In this document: one piece after another, positions 16,829 through 27,401 of the stretch | Position numbering within the stretch: position 1 is the stretch's first letter | How the letters are laid out: each line of letters opens with the position of its first letter | Source of the DNA: Anaerolineae bacterium | Lineage (GTDB): Bacteria; Chloroflexota; Anaerolineae; UBA7937; B3-Chlor | Length of the DNA: 33,014 bases | NCBI GenBank assembly: GCA_041559215.1 | Contig: JBFFDV010000001.1 | Coordinates: 1-33,014 of the forward strand | Reading direction: 5' to 3' | Program-made: the position numbers and the translations under genes | Notes under the pieces: generated by a model | Told to the model about the DNA's origin: nothing | Databases searched by the model: none | What the model saw: only the letters and a program-made list of their open reading frames with translations

Positions 16829-18277
16829 CTATCCTTGCCATTTCAGGTTAGGCTTACGAGCCGCTGTCACCTCATCAAGCCTAGTCACTGGCGTGGTGCG
16901 CGGTGCATCCCGTATCAGTTCCGGTTCTGTCTCGACCTCCCGAGCGATCTGGCGCATAGCAGAGATGAAAGCATCCAAAGTCTCACGACTCTCCGTCTCT
17001 GTAGGCTCGATCATCAGCGCCTCGTCGACGATTAGGGGGAAATACACAGTTGGCGGATGGAAACCGAGATCAATAAGTCTCTTACCTATGTCCACCGTGT
17101 GAACACCCAGCTTGGCCTGCTCTCTACCAGAGAAGACGCATTCATGAAGACATGGGCGGTCATAAGGCAGAAAGTAGTACCCTTTGAGTCCATGCAATAG
17201 GTAGTTTGCGTTTAGAACGGCGTTCTCACTTACCTCTCGTAGTCCGGATGCTCCCAGGGAACGAAGATAAGCATAAGCCTTGACCATTACCCCAAAGTTG
17301 CCATAGAAACCACTGACGCGCCCTATGGAAAGCGGGCGAGAATAGTCGAGATAGTATTGGACATCAGCTCCCTGCTCTTCACGAAAGGCCACCACAGGAA
17401 CTGGCAGGAAAGGAGTCAGTTCCTCGGTCACGGCTGTGGCCCCTGCTCCGGGACCTCCACCGCCATGGGGGGTGCTGAAGGTTTTGTGTAGGTTCAGATG
17501 TAATACATCAGTGCCCAATTCGCCAGGCTTAGCAATGCCCAGCAGGGCGTTCATGTTAGCTCCATCGCAGTAAATCAGCCCTCCAGCTTCGTGGACGATC
17601 TCTGCCACTTGAAGGATATGCTCCTCAAAAAGCCCCAGAGTGTTGGGATTGGTCAACATCAACCCGGCCACTCTCTCATCCATCATCCTGTCCAGCTCGT
17701 CAACATCTATGTTACCTCGCTCATCGGATCGAACAGTGATCACCTCATAGCCACACATGGCAGCCGTAGCCGGATTGGTGCCGTGCGCTGAATCGGGCAC
17801 TAGAACTATGCGCCTTTCCTCATCCCCGCGGTGTAGGTGATAGGCCCGCAGAATGAGCATACCCGTCAATTCCCCGTGGGCACCAGCTATCGGCTGCAAG
17901 CTAACCCCGGGCAAGCCGGTTATCTCGGCCAGATACTTCTGCAACTCATACATCACTTGCAGAGCCCCTTGAACCGTTGATTCATTCTGCGAAGGATGGA
18001 TCTGAGTGAAGCCCGCCAATCGGGCCACGTCTTCGTGCAACTTGGGATTGTACTTCATGGTGCAGGAGCCGAGCGGATAGAATCCAGTGTCAACGCTGAA
18101 ATTCAGCTGAGACAGGCGGGTGAAGTGTTGAACCACCTCTCTTTCGCTAACCTCCGGTAGAGACAACTCCTGCCGCACAAACTTCTCTGGCAACGGCGCT
18201 TCAGGCACATCCAGGTCAGGCAGACGGTAGCCCACGCGCCCCGGCGAACTCAACTCGAAGAGCAAGGGCTCGGTCAT
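16829..18277 (-). CDS. gcvPB: Glycine dehydrogenase (decarboxylating) subunit 2
   Basis: Start set to [10 protein letters not shown] (ATG at 18275-18277), 2 nt after the gcvPA stop. PLP-site region [16 protein letters not shown]. Confidence 0.9.
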   Translation of the reverse strand: MTEPLLFELSSPGRVGYRLPDLDVPEAPLPEKFVRQELSLPEVSEREVVQHFTRLSQLNFSVDTGFYPLGSCTMKYNPKLHEDVARLAGFTQIHPSQNESTVQGALQVMYELQKYLAEITGLPGVSLQPIAGAHGELTGMLILRAYHLHRGDEERRIVLVPDSAHGTNPATAAMCGYEVITVRSDERGNIDVDELDRMMDERVAGLMLTNPNTLGLFEEHILQVAEIVHEAGGLIYCDGANMNALLGIAKPGELGTDVLHLNLHKTFSTPHGGGGPGAGATAVTEELTPFLPVPVVAFREEQGADVQYYLDYSRPLSIGRVSGFYGNFGVMVKAYAYLRSLGASGLREVSENAVLNANYLLHGLKGYYFLPYDRPCLHECVFSGREQAKLGVHTVDIGKRLIDLGFHPPTVYFPLIVDEALMIEPTETESRETLDAFISAMRQIAREVETEPELIRDAPRTTPVTRLDEVTAARKPNLKWQG

Positions 18278-18279
18278 CT

Positions 18280-19629
18280 TCAACCCCCAATCTCCCCGAG
18301 AGCCTGAACCAGGCGGTCCATCTCCTCCCTGGTGTTCATCTCGGTAACGCAAAGGAGAAGACAATCGGTCAACTGGGGATAGTCTCGCGCCAACTCATAA
18401 CCGCCGATGATACCCCGCTCACAAAGGCGGTCGTTGACCTCGGCTGGAGGTAACGGCGTCCTAATGACGAACTCCTTGAAGAACTGCCCAAAGAGCCTCT
18501 CATATCCTGGCAGGGCGACGATCTGCTGCGCAGCATAATGAGCCTTGTGATAACATAGCTCGGCCACATGACGCAGGCCCTGTTTACCCATGATCGCCAG
18601 ATATGTCGTGACCGCTAGAGCGACCAGAGCCTCATTGGTACAGATATTAGAAGTAGCCTTCTCCCTGCGGATATGCTGCTCCCGAGGCTGCAACGTCAGC
18701 ACGAACCCTCGGCGTCCGTCTATATCTGTAGCCATGCCCACCAGGCGCCCAGGCATCTGCCGCAAGTACTTCTGGCGACAGGCGAATAGGCCCACATAGG
18801 GGCCCCCGTAGCTCAGAGAATTGCCAAGTGATTGACCCTCCCCCACAACAATATCGGCTCCCTGTTCGCCTGGTGGAAGAAGGAGCCCCAAGGCTATGGG
18901 ATCCACGCAGACCACAAGGAGAGCGCCCGCCGCATGAGCCAGTTCGCTCAAATGAACAAGGTCTTCCAGGGAACCTAGAAAATTGGGATATTGAACCATC
19001 AAGGCGGCTGTCCCCTCATCGAGCGATTGCTCCGCCTGATCCAGGTCAACCCCACCATCCTCCCCATAACCAACTTCCCGTATATCCAGACCTACGCCCT
19101 GTGTGTAGGTTCTCAATACCTGACGATACGACGGATGGAGGGTGGAAGCTACGATGAGGTCATCCCGCCGCGTGACGCGGGCCGCCATCAATCCTGCCTC
19201 AGCCAAGGCGGTGGCTCCATCGTACATGGACGCGTTTGCTACATCCATTCCCGTTAGCTCGCAGACCATGGTTTGAAATTCATATATACTGGTCAGCGTT
19301 CCCTGGCTAGCTTCAGCTTGATAAGGTGTATAAGCGGTGTAGAACTCGCCCCTCGTGACGATATGATCCACCACGGCAGGAATGAAATGATGATAGGCCC
19401 CAGCACCAAGAAAGCAAGGATGATGATCCAGATCAGCGTTCTTTTCTGCCAGTCCACGTAGCAGGCTCTTCACCTCCATCTCCGCCAAGGGCTGATGAAG
19501 ATTGAGATCAGGATACCGCTTCTCGGCAGGGACAACCTCGAACATTTCCCCCAGGGAATCCAGGCCTAGGACATCCAGCATCTTCCTTCGATCGGCATCG
19601 GTGTTGGGGATATATGAACTCATAATCAT
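18280..19629 (-). CDS. gcvPA: Glycine dehydrogenase (decarboxylating) subunit 1
   Basis: 449 aa: [17 protein letters not shown]..., [32 protein letters not shown] overlap with gcvH. Confidence 0.9.
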   Translation of the reverse strand: MIMSSYIPNTDADRRKMLDVLGLDSLGEMFEVVPAEKRYPDLNLHQPLAEMEVKSLLRGLAEKNADLDHHPCFLGAGAYHHFIPAVVDHIVTRGEFYTAYTPYQAEASQGTLTSIYEFQTMVCELTGMDVANASMYDGATALAEAGLMAARVTRRDDLIVASTLHPSYRQVLRTYTQGVGLDIREVGYGEDGGVDLDQAEQSLDEGTAALMVQYPNFLGSLEDLVHLSELAHAAGALLVVCVDPIALGLLLPPGEQGADIVVGEGQSLGNSLSYGGPYVGLFACRQKYLRQMPGRLVGMATDIDGRRGFVLTLQPREQHIRREKATSNICTNEALVALAVTTYLAIMGKQGLRHVAELCYHKAHYAAQQIVALPGYERLFGQFFKEFVIRTPLPPAEVNDRLCERGIIGGYELARDYPQLTDCLLLCVTEMNTREEMDRLVQALGEIGG

Positions 19630-20012
19630 TCCTCGAGGGTCTTCAGATGAGTCTCATATTCCTCTGCTGTCATCAGGCCGTCCATCTCCGACTTATCCTC
19701 CGGATTCACTTTGAGCAGCCATCCGTCCCCATAGGGGTCTTCATTCACCAATTCCGGTCTATCCACAAGTTCCTCGTTAACAGCGACCACATCCCCGCCG
19801 ATTGGAGCAAAGAGGTCCGAAGCTGCCTTGACCGACTCTATGATCCCGAAGGACTCAAACTGGGACAAGGTGTCTCCCGGCTGGGGCAGTTCCACATAAA
19901 CGATGTCCCCCAACTGCTCCTGAGCGTAGCCGGTGATCCCAACTATCGCTAGGTCTTCATCCAGCTTTACCCATTCATGTTCCTTCGTGTACTTGCGATC
20001 CGTCGGTGTCAT
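19626..20012 (-). CDS. gcvH: Glycine cleavage system H protein
   Basis: 128 aa: YTKEHEWV, and the lipoyl-lysine motif ESVKAASDLFAP. Confidence 0.95.
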   Translation of the reverse strand: MTPTDRKYTKEHEWVKLDEDLAIVGITGYAQEQLGDIVYVELPQPGDTLSQFESFGIIESVKAASDLFAPIGGDVVAVNEELVDRPELVNEDPYGDGWLLKVNPEDKSEMDGLMTAEEYETHLKTLEE

Positions 20013-20073
20013 ACTGATCCTCCTCCCTGTGCAGTTTCAGAATGATAGGTCCCTAATTGGAATAAGACCTGAG

Positions 20074-20619
20074 CTAGCAAGTCAACATCCTGGCATGGGC
20101 AATGCTCAACCCCAAGATGGTCTTGCCGTCGCATATCTCTCCAGAACCGATCATCTCCATTGCTCTATTGAGAGGCAACTTGACCACCTCGATACTCTCA
20201 TCACTCTCCAGATTCTGAACACTTGACTTCAGATCAGTAGCCAGGTATAGCCGAATGCGCTCGTTACAAAAGCCAGGGGACGTATAGAAAACATATAACT
20301 CCTCCATATGTCCCGCCACGTAACCCGTCTCCTCCTGCAGTTCCCTCAAGGCGCAGGCTTCTGCGTCTTCGCTAGGCTCAAGGGTACCGGCGGGAATCTC
20401 CAAGAGCGCTCGTCCCACAGCAGCGCGGAATTGCTTTACCAGGAGCACATTATCTTCCTCGTTCAAAGCCACGATGGCCACCGACCCTCCATGCTCAACG
20501 ATCTCCCGAATAGTGGTTCGACCGCTGGGCAAGAGAACAGTGTCCACCCGAAGGTTAACTACCCGTCCTTCATATATACGTCGGCTGGAAACCAACTCCT
20601 CGGTCAAGCTATCCTTCAA
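20074..20619 (-). CDS. Nudix hydrolase, ADP-ribose pyrophosphatase-like
   Basis: Nudix box GTLEPSEDAEACALRELQEETGY. TTG start behind GAGGGAG. Confidence 0.85.
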   Translation of the reverse strand: MKDSLTEELVSSRRIYEGRVVNLRVDTVLLPSGRTTIREIVEHGGSVAIVALNEEDNVLLVKQFRAAVGRALLEIPAGTLEPSEDAEACALRELQEETGYVAGHMEELYVFYTSPGFCNERIRLYLATDLKSSVQNLESDESIEVVKLPLNRAMEMIGSGEICDGKTILGLSIAHARMLTC

Positions 20620-20836
20620 ATTCAGACTCCCTCACAGGAAACAAGAAGGCCATTGGCTCCACAACCCAACAGCCTTCTTTGCACACTCAAATAATGCGCT
20701 GAAAAACCGTAGCCCTTTCATCCTATGTCTTTACCACGCTGTGGAGATTTGGAGATGCCCTCCAAGTTTCAGTTCCCTCCCATAGCATGAGGTTTGCTGC
20801 AAGGAAGAAGAAACGCACAACTCTACCCTCAAGCAC

Positions 20837-21574
20837 TTAGGGTATGAACAATGTCTGTCCCACGTAGATGAAATTCACGTTGGGCAGGTTATTAGCGTAA
20901 GCGATAGCCCAGGCCGTGGTGCCAAAGCGCACGGCGATAGAAGAAAGAGTATCCCCTCGCTGCACAACATAGGTTCGGCCGCCGGTTGGCGATGTCGTCC
21001 CGCCAGGGATCGTCAATCTCTGCCCCACGTAGATAAAGTCGGGATTGACAATGCCATTGGCCCTGGCTATGGCATCAACTGTGGTACCGTACAAGCGAGC
21101 GATAGAGCGCAAGGTCTCCCCTCGGCGGACGATATGCACCCCGGGTTGAGGAGATGGAGCAGTGGCACCAGGGATAATCAACACATCCCCCGCCCTGATG
21201 AGATCAGGGTTTGCCAGGTTGTTAGCAGCCACTATGTCCTGAACGCTAACCCCGTAGCGCCTAGCTATAATATGGACAGTGTCCCCCCATCTTACGACAT
21301 ACTCAACCCCTTCACTGGGAACAGGCGGCGGTGGCGCCGGAGTAGCGGTTGCCCCTGCAGGAGGGGGGGTAGGTGTTTCCTCCGGTGCCGCCGGAGGGGT
21401 TATCGATACTTCAGGAGAAGCTGCCGGCGTCGCCGCTGGTGTCTCAGTTGCAGCCTGGGGCCCCACCTGACCAGTGGGAGTAGGGGCGGGCTTGGCTCTC
21501 TCACAGCCTCCGAGTCCCATTGCCAATGCCAGCAGAAGGAGCAGGACACCGGCTATTAACTGTCTCTTTCTCAT
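20837..21574 (-). CDS. Lipoprotein with three LysM domains
   Basis: Signal peptide plus lipobox LGGC, a Pro/Thr/Ala-rich tether, and three LysM repeats (YVVRWGDTVHIIARRYGVSVQDIVAANNL, HIVRRGETLRSIARLYGTTVDAIARANGI, YVVQRGDTLSSIAVRFGTTAWAIAYANNL). Confidence 0.9.
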   Translation of the reverse strand: MRKRQLIAGVLLLLLALAMGLGGCERAKPAPTPTGQVGPQAATETPAATPAASPEVSITPPAAPEETPTPPPAGATATPAPPPPVPSEGVEYVVRWGDTVHIIARRYGVSVQDIVAANNLANPDLIRAGDVLIIPGATAPSPQPGVHIVRRGETLRSIARLYGTTVDAIARANGIVNPDFIYVGQRLTIPGGTTSPTGGRTYVVQRGDTLSSIAVRFGTTAWAIAYANNLPNVNFIYVGQTLFIP

Positions 21575-21617
21575 CGGGCGGCCTCCTTACATCAACTCTC
21601 ACTACCGAAGCTAAGCC

Positions 21618-21646
21618 ATCATATCATAACCCAGAAGTTCCGTCAA
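21618..21646 (-). promoter_or_regulatory. Sigma-70-type promoter for the LysM gene
   Basis: Minus strand reads TTGACG (21641-21646), a 17-nt spacer, then TATGAT (21618-21623). This is about 45 nt upstream of the ATG at 21574. Confidence 0.6.
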
Positions 21647-21691
21647 GTCAGCCAAAGAAAGATTTATGTCAAGCGGAGTCTCTTATCAGGC

Positions 21692-21892
21692 CTAAGCCCC
21701 TTCGGAACCAGACTTCGAAGAGCCGAAGCGTACCCTGACCTCAGCGAGTTTCGTCTCCTTGATGGCTTCTATCTCGACCGGGGTCAAGTCGTACTCCGCC
21801 AGCGCTTTGTCAGGGTCTGCGAGCAACAGATCGCGGAACTCGTCGTCGCTGATAGCTCGATCCAGAATCGTTTTCACAATCTTTCTAGTCAT
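21692..21892 (-). CDS. Small helical protein resembling NHLP/Nif11-type RiPP leader or LigA-like domain
   Basis: 66 aa with a good RBS (AGGAGAGCGGGGAA before the ATG). Motif ILDRAISDDEFRDLLLADPDKALAEYDLTPVEIEAIKE, then a short Gly/Ser-rich tail RVRFGSSKSGSEGA. Confidence 0.6.
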   Translation of the reverse strand: MTRKIVKTILDRAISDDEFRDLLLADPDKALAEYDLTPVEIEAIKETKLAEVRVRFGSSKSGSEGA

Positions 21893-21949
21893 TTCCCCGC
21901 TCTCCTACAGCCCTAATAGCATGACTGCCACCCGCGCCAACATGTGAAA

Positions 21950-22459
21950 CTAACCATTCCTCTCGCCCAACTCCTCCTGGAATGCCCGGTAGGCCTCATC
22001 GCCGTACAGGACAAAAAGCACCTCTTCTAGGCCGCTCTGGCCCGCCAGGTGCTCGCTGACTGCATTGATCATGATCTCAGCCACCTCTGAGTACGGGAAA
22101 CCCCCTACCCCAGTGCCCAAAGCCGGAAAGGCTATGCTCTTGAGACTCAACTCCTCGGCACGAAGCAGGCTGTTCTCGGTAGCAGACCTGATCTTATTGG
22201 CATCCGTAACCAAATCCGTGGCCATCACCGCCGCATGGATCACAACCCTGGCCCTCAACCTGCCTGCCCCTGTCACCACTGCCTCGCCCACCGGTATAGG
22301 ACCCTGCCTGACCGCCTCATCCTCGATCTGCTGGCCCCCGGCACGCTTTATTGCACCCGCAACCCCAGCCCCCATCCACAAGGCGTTGTTGGCCGCATTG
22401 ACTATGGCATCGGTCTCCAGCGCAGTGATATCTCCCTTATGTAGAGTGATGCGGGCCAC
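21950..22459 (-). CDS. Macro domain protein (ADP-ribose binding / O-acetyl-ADP-ribose deacetylase-like)
   Basis: ITLHKGDITALETDAIVNAANNALWMGAGVAGAIKRAGG...IAFPALGTGVGGFP. GTG start 1 nt after the upstream TAG, behind GGAGGAGGA. Confidence 0.9.
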   Translation of the reverse strand: MARITLHKGDITALETDAIVNAANNALWMGAGVAGAIKRAGGQQIEDEAVRQGPIPVGEAVVTGAGRLRARVVIHAAVMATDLVTDANKIRSATENSLLRAEELSLKSIAFPALGTGVGGFPYSEVAEIMINAVSEHLAGQSGLEEVLFVLYGDEAYRAFQEELGERNG

Positions 22460-22460
22460 C

Positions 22461-24377
22461 CTAGGTATCCTCCTCCATGCTGGTCAGCACCTCGGCCACT
22501 GCGTCTATAGCTGCCCTCTGTTTCCTATACAAATCCGACTCGCTCATGGACAGACGCGCCGCGATATCCATGATACGCCAGCCCTTAATGAACTTCATCT
22601 CCAGGATATTATACAGTATCCATTCCTTCGTGGTGAGAGTCCGTTGGCCCTCGGGTGGCTTGAGAGCCTCAATCGCTTTGTAAAGCACCGAACGCAGGGC
22701 CTTGGAAGGAACTTGCCCGTTCGTATCGGCATACTTCTTGACTATCTTCATCCTCAACAATGGACTATTTGTAATTCCAGGACCACCCCAATAGTGACTG
22801 AGCGCCTCCTTAACCGCCTTAGGGAAGTCGGGAGAATAGATAGGGCTGTTTTCGATAGGCTCTAACATGGGCGAGCCCACATAGCGAGGTCGGCTCTGCC
22901 AACGCTGAATGGACTCTATCTCAGGCGTAAGCTCCCATAGCAAGGCAAAGATCCCTCGCTGTAACTGCCAGTCCTCTAACGCCAGTTCCGCCTGGCCTAT
23001 CAACATTTGGGCCGTTTCCCTCTCTTTGTCTGTCAGCCTCCATTGATCCAAAGGGCCCTGCACCCCTAAAATGCCTAGAGTTGCCTCGCGGGAACGGGTA
23101 CGCAGGGGCAAAAGCCAATAGTCGCCCTGCCCTGTTAACATTTCCTCCCCCACCATGTTTTGCTCTCCTCTCTTCCCGTCGGGAAGAAGTTGGGCGAGGC
23201 TTGCCAGATCACACGAACCCAGGAAGCGATTTGCCGCCTCTCGCGAGCCACAAGAGGCCTCCAACCGCAGGCTACCGCCCCGCTGGGTCACGATAAAGCC
23301 CGTAGTGACCCGCAATAAGTCGCAGAAGGCAGCCAGGATGTTCTCCAGAAGCTGCGATAGGTCGGTACTGGTCAGCAGCCTGGTATCCAATTCACGGATC
23401 CACGTAATCTCAGCGCTATCCCGGCGATAGATGAGGAGATCGATGAAAGGCGTCAAGACACTGATGAGCACTTGTAGGAGAACTATGCCCACTACCATAG
23501 CAAAAATCACTGCTGTATCCCGCGGCAACCCCAAGATGCTTTCCACTCTGGAGACGACCAGCATCAGTATCAAGAGGCAAATCCCCACGAAAGGCCCACG
23601 CATCAAGTAAGTGATCAAGCTCCGCTTCACCACCCTATCAGGCATCAAAGCGCCGTGGAAGGCTACACTGTAAGCCAAGACAACGGTCATAATGGCGATG
23701 CCCAGGTTACCTACCAGCGAAATGAAGAGCAGCAAGTTCGAGGGGAGATGGGTGGGCAGACTGGCAAGCAGCATATAGGGGAAGACGCCGAGTGCCGGCG
23801 CAGCGAAAGATAGAGCCAGATAGGTCATCCGGCGCCGTGAGGTTGAAGTGATAGTGCGGCGCCGTGCACGCTCGATATTGATCAAGCCCAAACCTGTAAC
23901 TACGACGAAATAGATGGTGAAAATCCAAAACAGGGGACCAGCCTGAAAATAGGCCGCCCAAGACGTATCTATACCATCCCTGACTAATAGGTCGGTGGAC
24001 ACAGTCAGCAATACCAGCGCTCCACCGAAGAGATAGGTCAGTGCCACGAGCCCCTTACGCAGTCGCGAAAAGGAGTTCGTCGTCCTCAACAAAGCATCGG
24101 AAAAATGAAGATAGGCTGCTGGAATGAAAGCGATACCGAACCACTGAAACTTGAGCCACAGGAACTTAGTCGCTGACGATTCCACATTAATGAGGATGAC
24201 ATCGCTCGCGTGCACTATGGTTACGAAAGCGAGCAAAGCACAGAAGGCTCGAGCCACCGAATTGCGAAGGTTGTGACTGAGTATATATGCCAGCAAGGAA
24301 AAAGCAATTATGACGTTGGCGGCTGAGAGTATCAGATTACCGAGAGACAGGACCCCTGTAAGGGTAACACCCTCCAT
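22461..24377 (-). CDS. Membrane regulator: N-terminal ~8-10 TM sensor domain (HisKA_7TM-like) + GAF-like domain + C-terminal sigma70-r4/LuxR-like HTH
   Basis: 638 aa. About 330 aa of hydrophobic helices, then a GAF-like middle (LLENILAAFCDLLRVTTGFIV...ATLGILGVQG...MLIGQAELALED). C-terminal HTH: LTTKEWILYNILEMKFIKGWRIMDIAARLSMSESDLYRKQRAAIDAV. No kinase or ATPase motifs. Confidence 0.7.
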   Translation of the reverse strand: MEGVTLTGVLSLGNLILSAANVIIAFSLLAYILSHNLRNSVARAFCALLAFVTIVHASDVILINVESSATKFLWLKFQWFGIAFIPAAYLHFSDALLRTTNSFSRLRKGLVALTYLFGGALVLLTVSTDLLVRDGIDTSWAAYFQAGPLFWIFTIYFVVVTGLGLINIERARRRTITSTSRRRMTYLALSFAAPALGVFPYMLLASLPTHLPSNLLLFISLVGNLGIAIMTVVLAYSVAFHGALMPDRVVKRSLITYLMRGPFVGICLLILMLVVSRVESILGLPRDTAVIFAMVVGIVLLQVLISVLTPFIDLLIYRRDSAEITWIRELDTRLLTSTDLSQLLENILAAFCDLLRVTTGFIVTQRGGSLRLEASCGSREAANRFLGSCDLASLAQLLPDGKRGEQNMVGEEMLTGQGDYWLLPLRTRSREATLGILGVQGPLDQWRLTDKERETAQMLIGQAELALEDWQLQRGIFALLWELTPEIESIQRWQSRPRYVGSPMLEPIENSPIYSPDFPKAVKEALSHYWGGPGITNSPLLRMKIVKKYADTNGQVPSKALRSVLYKAIEALKPPEGQRTLTTKEWILYNILEMKFIKGWRIMDIAARLSMSESDLYRKQRAAIDAVAEVLTSMEEDT

Positions 24378-24456
24378 AGGATGGTCACACCTCCTATACT
24401 AGGCTCCTCAGAAAGACCGTAGTCTTTTGGCGCGCACCAGCAATAAGAAACGTCCG

Positions 24457-25278
24457 TTAAACCCCCACAATCCATATCAGAAAGTAATAGACCACGACGA
24501 CTACGAACAGCAGGCTGTCTATACGGTCCAATATCCCACCATGCCCAGGAAGCAAACTTCCCGAATCCTTGACGCCCGCCTGGCGCTTGATCATAGATTC
24601 AGCCAAATCGCCAAAGGTAGCAGCCAGGCTGATGACCAGCCCCAATGTCAAAGCTTGCAAGATGGAAAGGCCCAGTACCGGTCCAAACAGAAGCGATATA
24701 CCAGTGCCCCCCAGCCATCCTGCAAGCGTTCCTTCCCAAGTCTTGTGGGGGCTGATCTGAGGGAAAAAGGGATGCTTCCCCCAAGCCTTTCCAAAGATGT
24801 AAGCAAAGCTATCACAGGCCCAGGTCGGGAACAACGCCAGCAGCGTCCAACCTAAACCCCCAGGCAGTTTCCTCAACAACAGGAAGTGACTGGATAGCCA
24901 GCCCACATACAGCGCGCCAGCGATAGTCAGGGCCCAATCAGTAAAAGGTTGCCCTTCTTCTTGCCGGCGGCCCACCTGCCAGGCCAGCGATGAGATAAGG
25001 ATCAGAGTCAAGCCGCCCAGGATCGCTTCAGGCGGTAGATAGACGCTTCCGAGCAAGAAAAATGCCGTTACAGCTAGTTGAAGGAAATAGAAAGCCCGGT
25101 CTCCCCCTCCAACCATCATGCGCTGGTACTCGCGCCCAGCCAAGATCGCTACTGCAAGCACTACCGCAAAGAACAGAACCCCACCCAGGTACACAGCCGG
25201 CAGAGCCAGCAACCCAAAGACCACGCCGCTCAGGATGCGACGCTGGAGAACGGACAATCTACTCTTTGAGCTTGCCAA
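24457..25278 (-). CDS. cdsA: Phosphatidate cytidylyltransferase
   Basis: Motifs SPHKTWEG and [12 protein letters not shown]. The start is uncertain: TTG at 25278 overlaps uppS by 20 nt, and an alternative TTG at 25257 lies just after the uppS stop. Confidence 0.85.
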   Translation of the reverse strand: MASSKSRLSVLQRRILSGVVFGLLALPAVYLGGVLFFAVVLAVAILAGREYQRMMVGGGDRAFYFLQLAVTAFFLLGSVYLPPEAILGGLTLILISSLAWQVGRRQEEGQPFTDWALTIAGALYVGWLSSHFLLLRKLPGGLGWTLLALFPTWACDSFAYIFGKAWGKHPFFPQISPHKTWEGTLAGWLGGTGISLLFGPVLGLSILQALTLGLVISLAATFGDLAESMIKRQAGVKDSGSLLPGHGGILDRIDSLLFVVVVVYYFLIWIVGV

Positions 25279-25972
25279 ATCGTCTATCCCGCTGAGAATA
25301 AGCCCACAAAGCCTTGCGAAGTTCCTCCTTATCGAAATCCGGCCAATAGGTGGGGGTAGAATAGTACTCCGAGTACGCAGATTGCCAGATAAGAAAGTTA
25401 CTGAGCCTCATCTCCCCACCAGTGCGGATAATCAGGTCTGGGTCGGGCAATCCTGCTGTGTAAAGACAATTGCTGAATAATTCCTCATCAACCTCTCTGG
25501 GGTCAGCCTTCTCCTCTAGGATTTTCTGGACAGCATGTACTATCTCGGCACGACCCCCGTAGTTGAAAGCCACATTCAGGGTTAACCGCTCATTATCCTT
25601 CGTCAACTCGATCGCGTCCAGAACCGCTTTTCGCAGCTTGTCTGAGAGACCCTCCAGTTCACCTATATGGCGTAACCTTACGCCATTACGGTGCAGATTC
25701 TTAACCTCACGCCCCAGGACCCGTTCCAAGATGCTCATCAATCCGCGCACCTCTTCCAGAGGGCGCTGCCAGTTCTCCGTCGAGAAGGCATAGATGGTAA
25801 CTATCTTAATCCCATATTCGCCGCAAGCCTCTAGGACCCGGCGAATATTCTCTGTTCCTGCCCGATGGCCCTCCAAACGCGGTAAACCATGTTGCTGTGC
25901 CCACCGACCATTTCCGTCCATTATGATCCCGATATGATATGGTATGGTTGACAGTGGCTCAGCGACATCCAT
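25259..25972 (-). CDS. uppS: Isoprenyl transferase (undecaprenyl-diphosphate synthase)
   Basis: [42 protein letters not shown]. Confidence 0.95.
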   Translation of the reverse strand: MDVAEPLSTIPYHIGIIMDGNGRWAQQHGLPRLEGHRAGTENIRRVLEACGEYGIKIVTIYAFSTENWQRPLEEVRGLMSILERVLGREVKNLHRNGVRLRHIGELEGLSDKLRKAVLDAIELTKDNERLTLNVAFNYGGRAEIVHAVQKILEEKADPREVDEELFSNCLYTAGLPDPDLIIRTGGEMRLSNFLIWQSAYSEYYSTPTYWPDFDKEELRKALWAYSQRDRRFGKLKE

Positions 25973-25982
25973 ATCCCACCCC

Positions 25983-26540
25983 TTACACTTCCATTATCTG
26001 CTCTTCCTTGGCCTTGCCAATCTCATCTATCTCTTCTACATACCCATCCGTCAACTCTTGCATCCGGTCCCTACCTCGGTAATGCTCATCCTCCGATACC
26101 AATTTCTCTTTCTCCGCGTCCCTCATATCCTGCAAGCCGTCCCGCCTGCAATTGCGGACCGCCACTTTGCCTTCCTCAACTCTCTTCTGCACCATCTTGA
26201 CCAGCTCGAGACGACGTTCCTCGGTCAAGCGCGGGATGGACAAACGGATGACCTTGCCATCATTAGCTGGCGTCAACCCCAGTTCCGATTTCAGGATAGC
26301 TTTCTCGATCTGCGGCAACGAGGTAGGATCATATGGACGGATAACCAAGAGTCGAGGTTCGGGAGCGGAAATCGTTGACAACTGATTGAGAGGGGTCATA
26401 GTGCCGTAGTACTCAACCTGTAGGCGCTCAACCAGCGCTGGTGAAGCTCTTCCAGTCCTGATGTTGATCAAGTCGTTTTGAAGAGCCTCAACGCACTTCT
26501 TCATCCGCTCTTCGGTTTCTTTCAATATATCCTCAATCAT
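25983..26540 (-). CDS. frr: Ribosome recycling factor
   Basis: 185 aa, [19 protein letters not shown]...LTEERR. Confidence 0.95.
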   Translation of the reverse strand: MIEDILKETEERMKKCVEALQNDLINIRTGRASPALVERLQVEYYGTMTPLNQLSTISAPEPRLLVIRPYDPTSLPQIEKAILKSELGLTPANDGKVIRLSIPRLTEERRLELVKMVQKRVEEGKVAVRNCRRDGLQDMRDAEKEKLVSEDEHYRGRDRMQELTDGYVEEIDEIGKAKEEQIMEV

Positions 26541-26571
26541 AGGAATCCTCCACCTTCACCAATGACGGGAA

Positions 26572-27330
26572 TCAACCAGCGCAGACCAGCGTGCCGATCC
26601 GCTCACCGTGTACGACCTTCATGAGACTATCCGGCACCCACAGATTGACGACGATGATGGGCATGTTGTTGTCCATACATAATGAGATGGCTGTGCTATC
26701 CATTACACCCACTCTCAACTCAAGTGCTTCAAGATATGTCAATCGCTCCAACTTCTTGGCCTCGGACACAACTTTCGGATCAGCATCGTAAACGGCATCT
26801 ACTTTGGTGGCCTTAATGAGAACCTCAGCGTCGACTTCCATGGCTCGCAGGGCTGCAGCCGTATCGGTTGTGAAATAGGGGTTGCCTGTGCCTGCCCCTA
26901 CTATGACCACGCGGCCTTTCTCCAGGTGTCGAATGGCTCGGCGCCGGATATATGGCTCAGCCACAGCCCGCATCTCGATGGCCGTCTGCACCCGGGTGGT
27001 TACATCAGTCTTTTCCAGAGCATCCTGCAGGGCCAAGGCGTTAATCACCGTGGCCAACATGCCCATGTGATCAGCCGTGGACCTGTCCATACCCTGAGCG
27101 ATTCCTTCCTGACCCCGCCAGATATTGCCTGCCCCGATAACGATGACCATTTCGACGCCAGAGTTCTTGACCTTCTTGATAATACTCCCAAGCTCCTCCA
27201 GCCTGTGCACATCTATACCATAGCCCCCCGGGCCAGCCAGAGCTTCACCGCCCAGTTTCAGCAATATCCTCTTGTACTTGAGTTCAGCCACTCTTCCCCC
27301 AACCCACAATGAGTTAACGCCAACGTACAA
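26572..27330 (-). CDS. pyrH: UMP kinase
   Basis: [23 protein letters not shown]. The true start may be the GTG at 27289-27291 (VAELKYKR) rather than the ATG at 27330. Confidence 0.9.
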   Translation of the reverse strand: MYVGVNSLWVGGRVAELKYKRILLKLGGEALAGPGGYGIDVHRLEELGSIIKKVKNSGVEMVIVIGAGNIWRGQEGIAQGMDRSTADHMGMLATVINALALQDALEKTDVTTRVQTAIEMRAVAEPYIRRRAIRHLEKGRVVIVGAGTGNPYFTTDTAAALRAMEVDAEVLIKATKVDAVYDADPKVVSEAKKLERLTYLEALELRVGVMDSTAISLCMDNNMPIIVVNLWVPDSLMKVVHGERIGTLVCAG

Positions 27331-27401
27331 GTCATCTAATCAGTAGGGCAAGATCAATCTCGATATGAAGCTCAACGACCATACGCCAGCGCTCGGATGA
27401 T

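Noticed and set aside
20013-20073. Possible glycine riboswitch upstream of gcvH
   Set aside because: The intergenic region is only 61 nt and lacks room for even a single glycine aptamer. gcvH is probably co-transcribed with the Nudix gene.
22065-22865. 266-aa plus-strand ORF
   Set aside because: It is antisense to the macro-domain gene and the 3' end of the regulator gene. There is no RBS and no recognisable domain.
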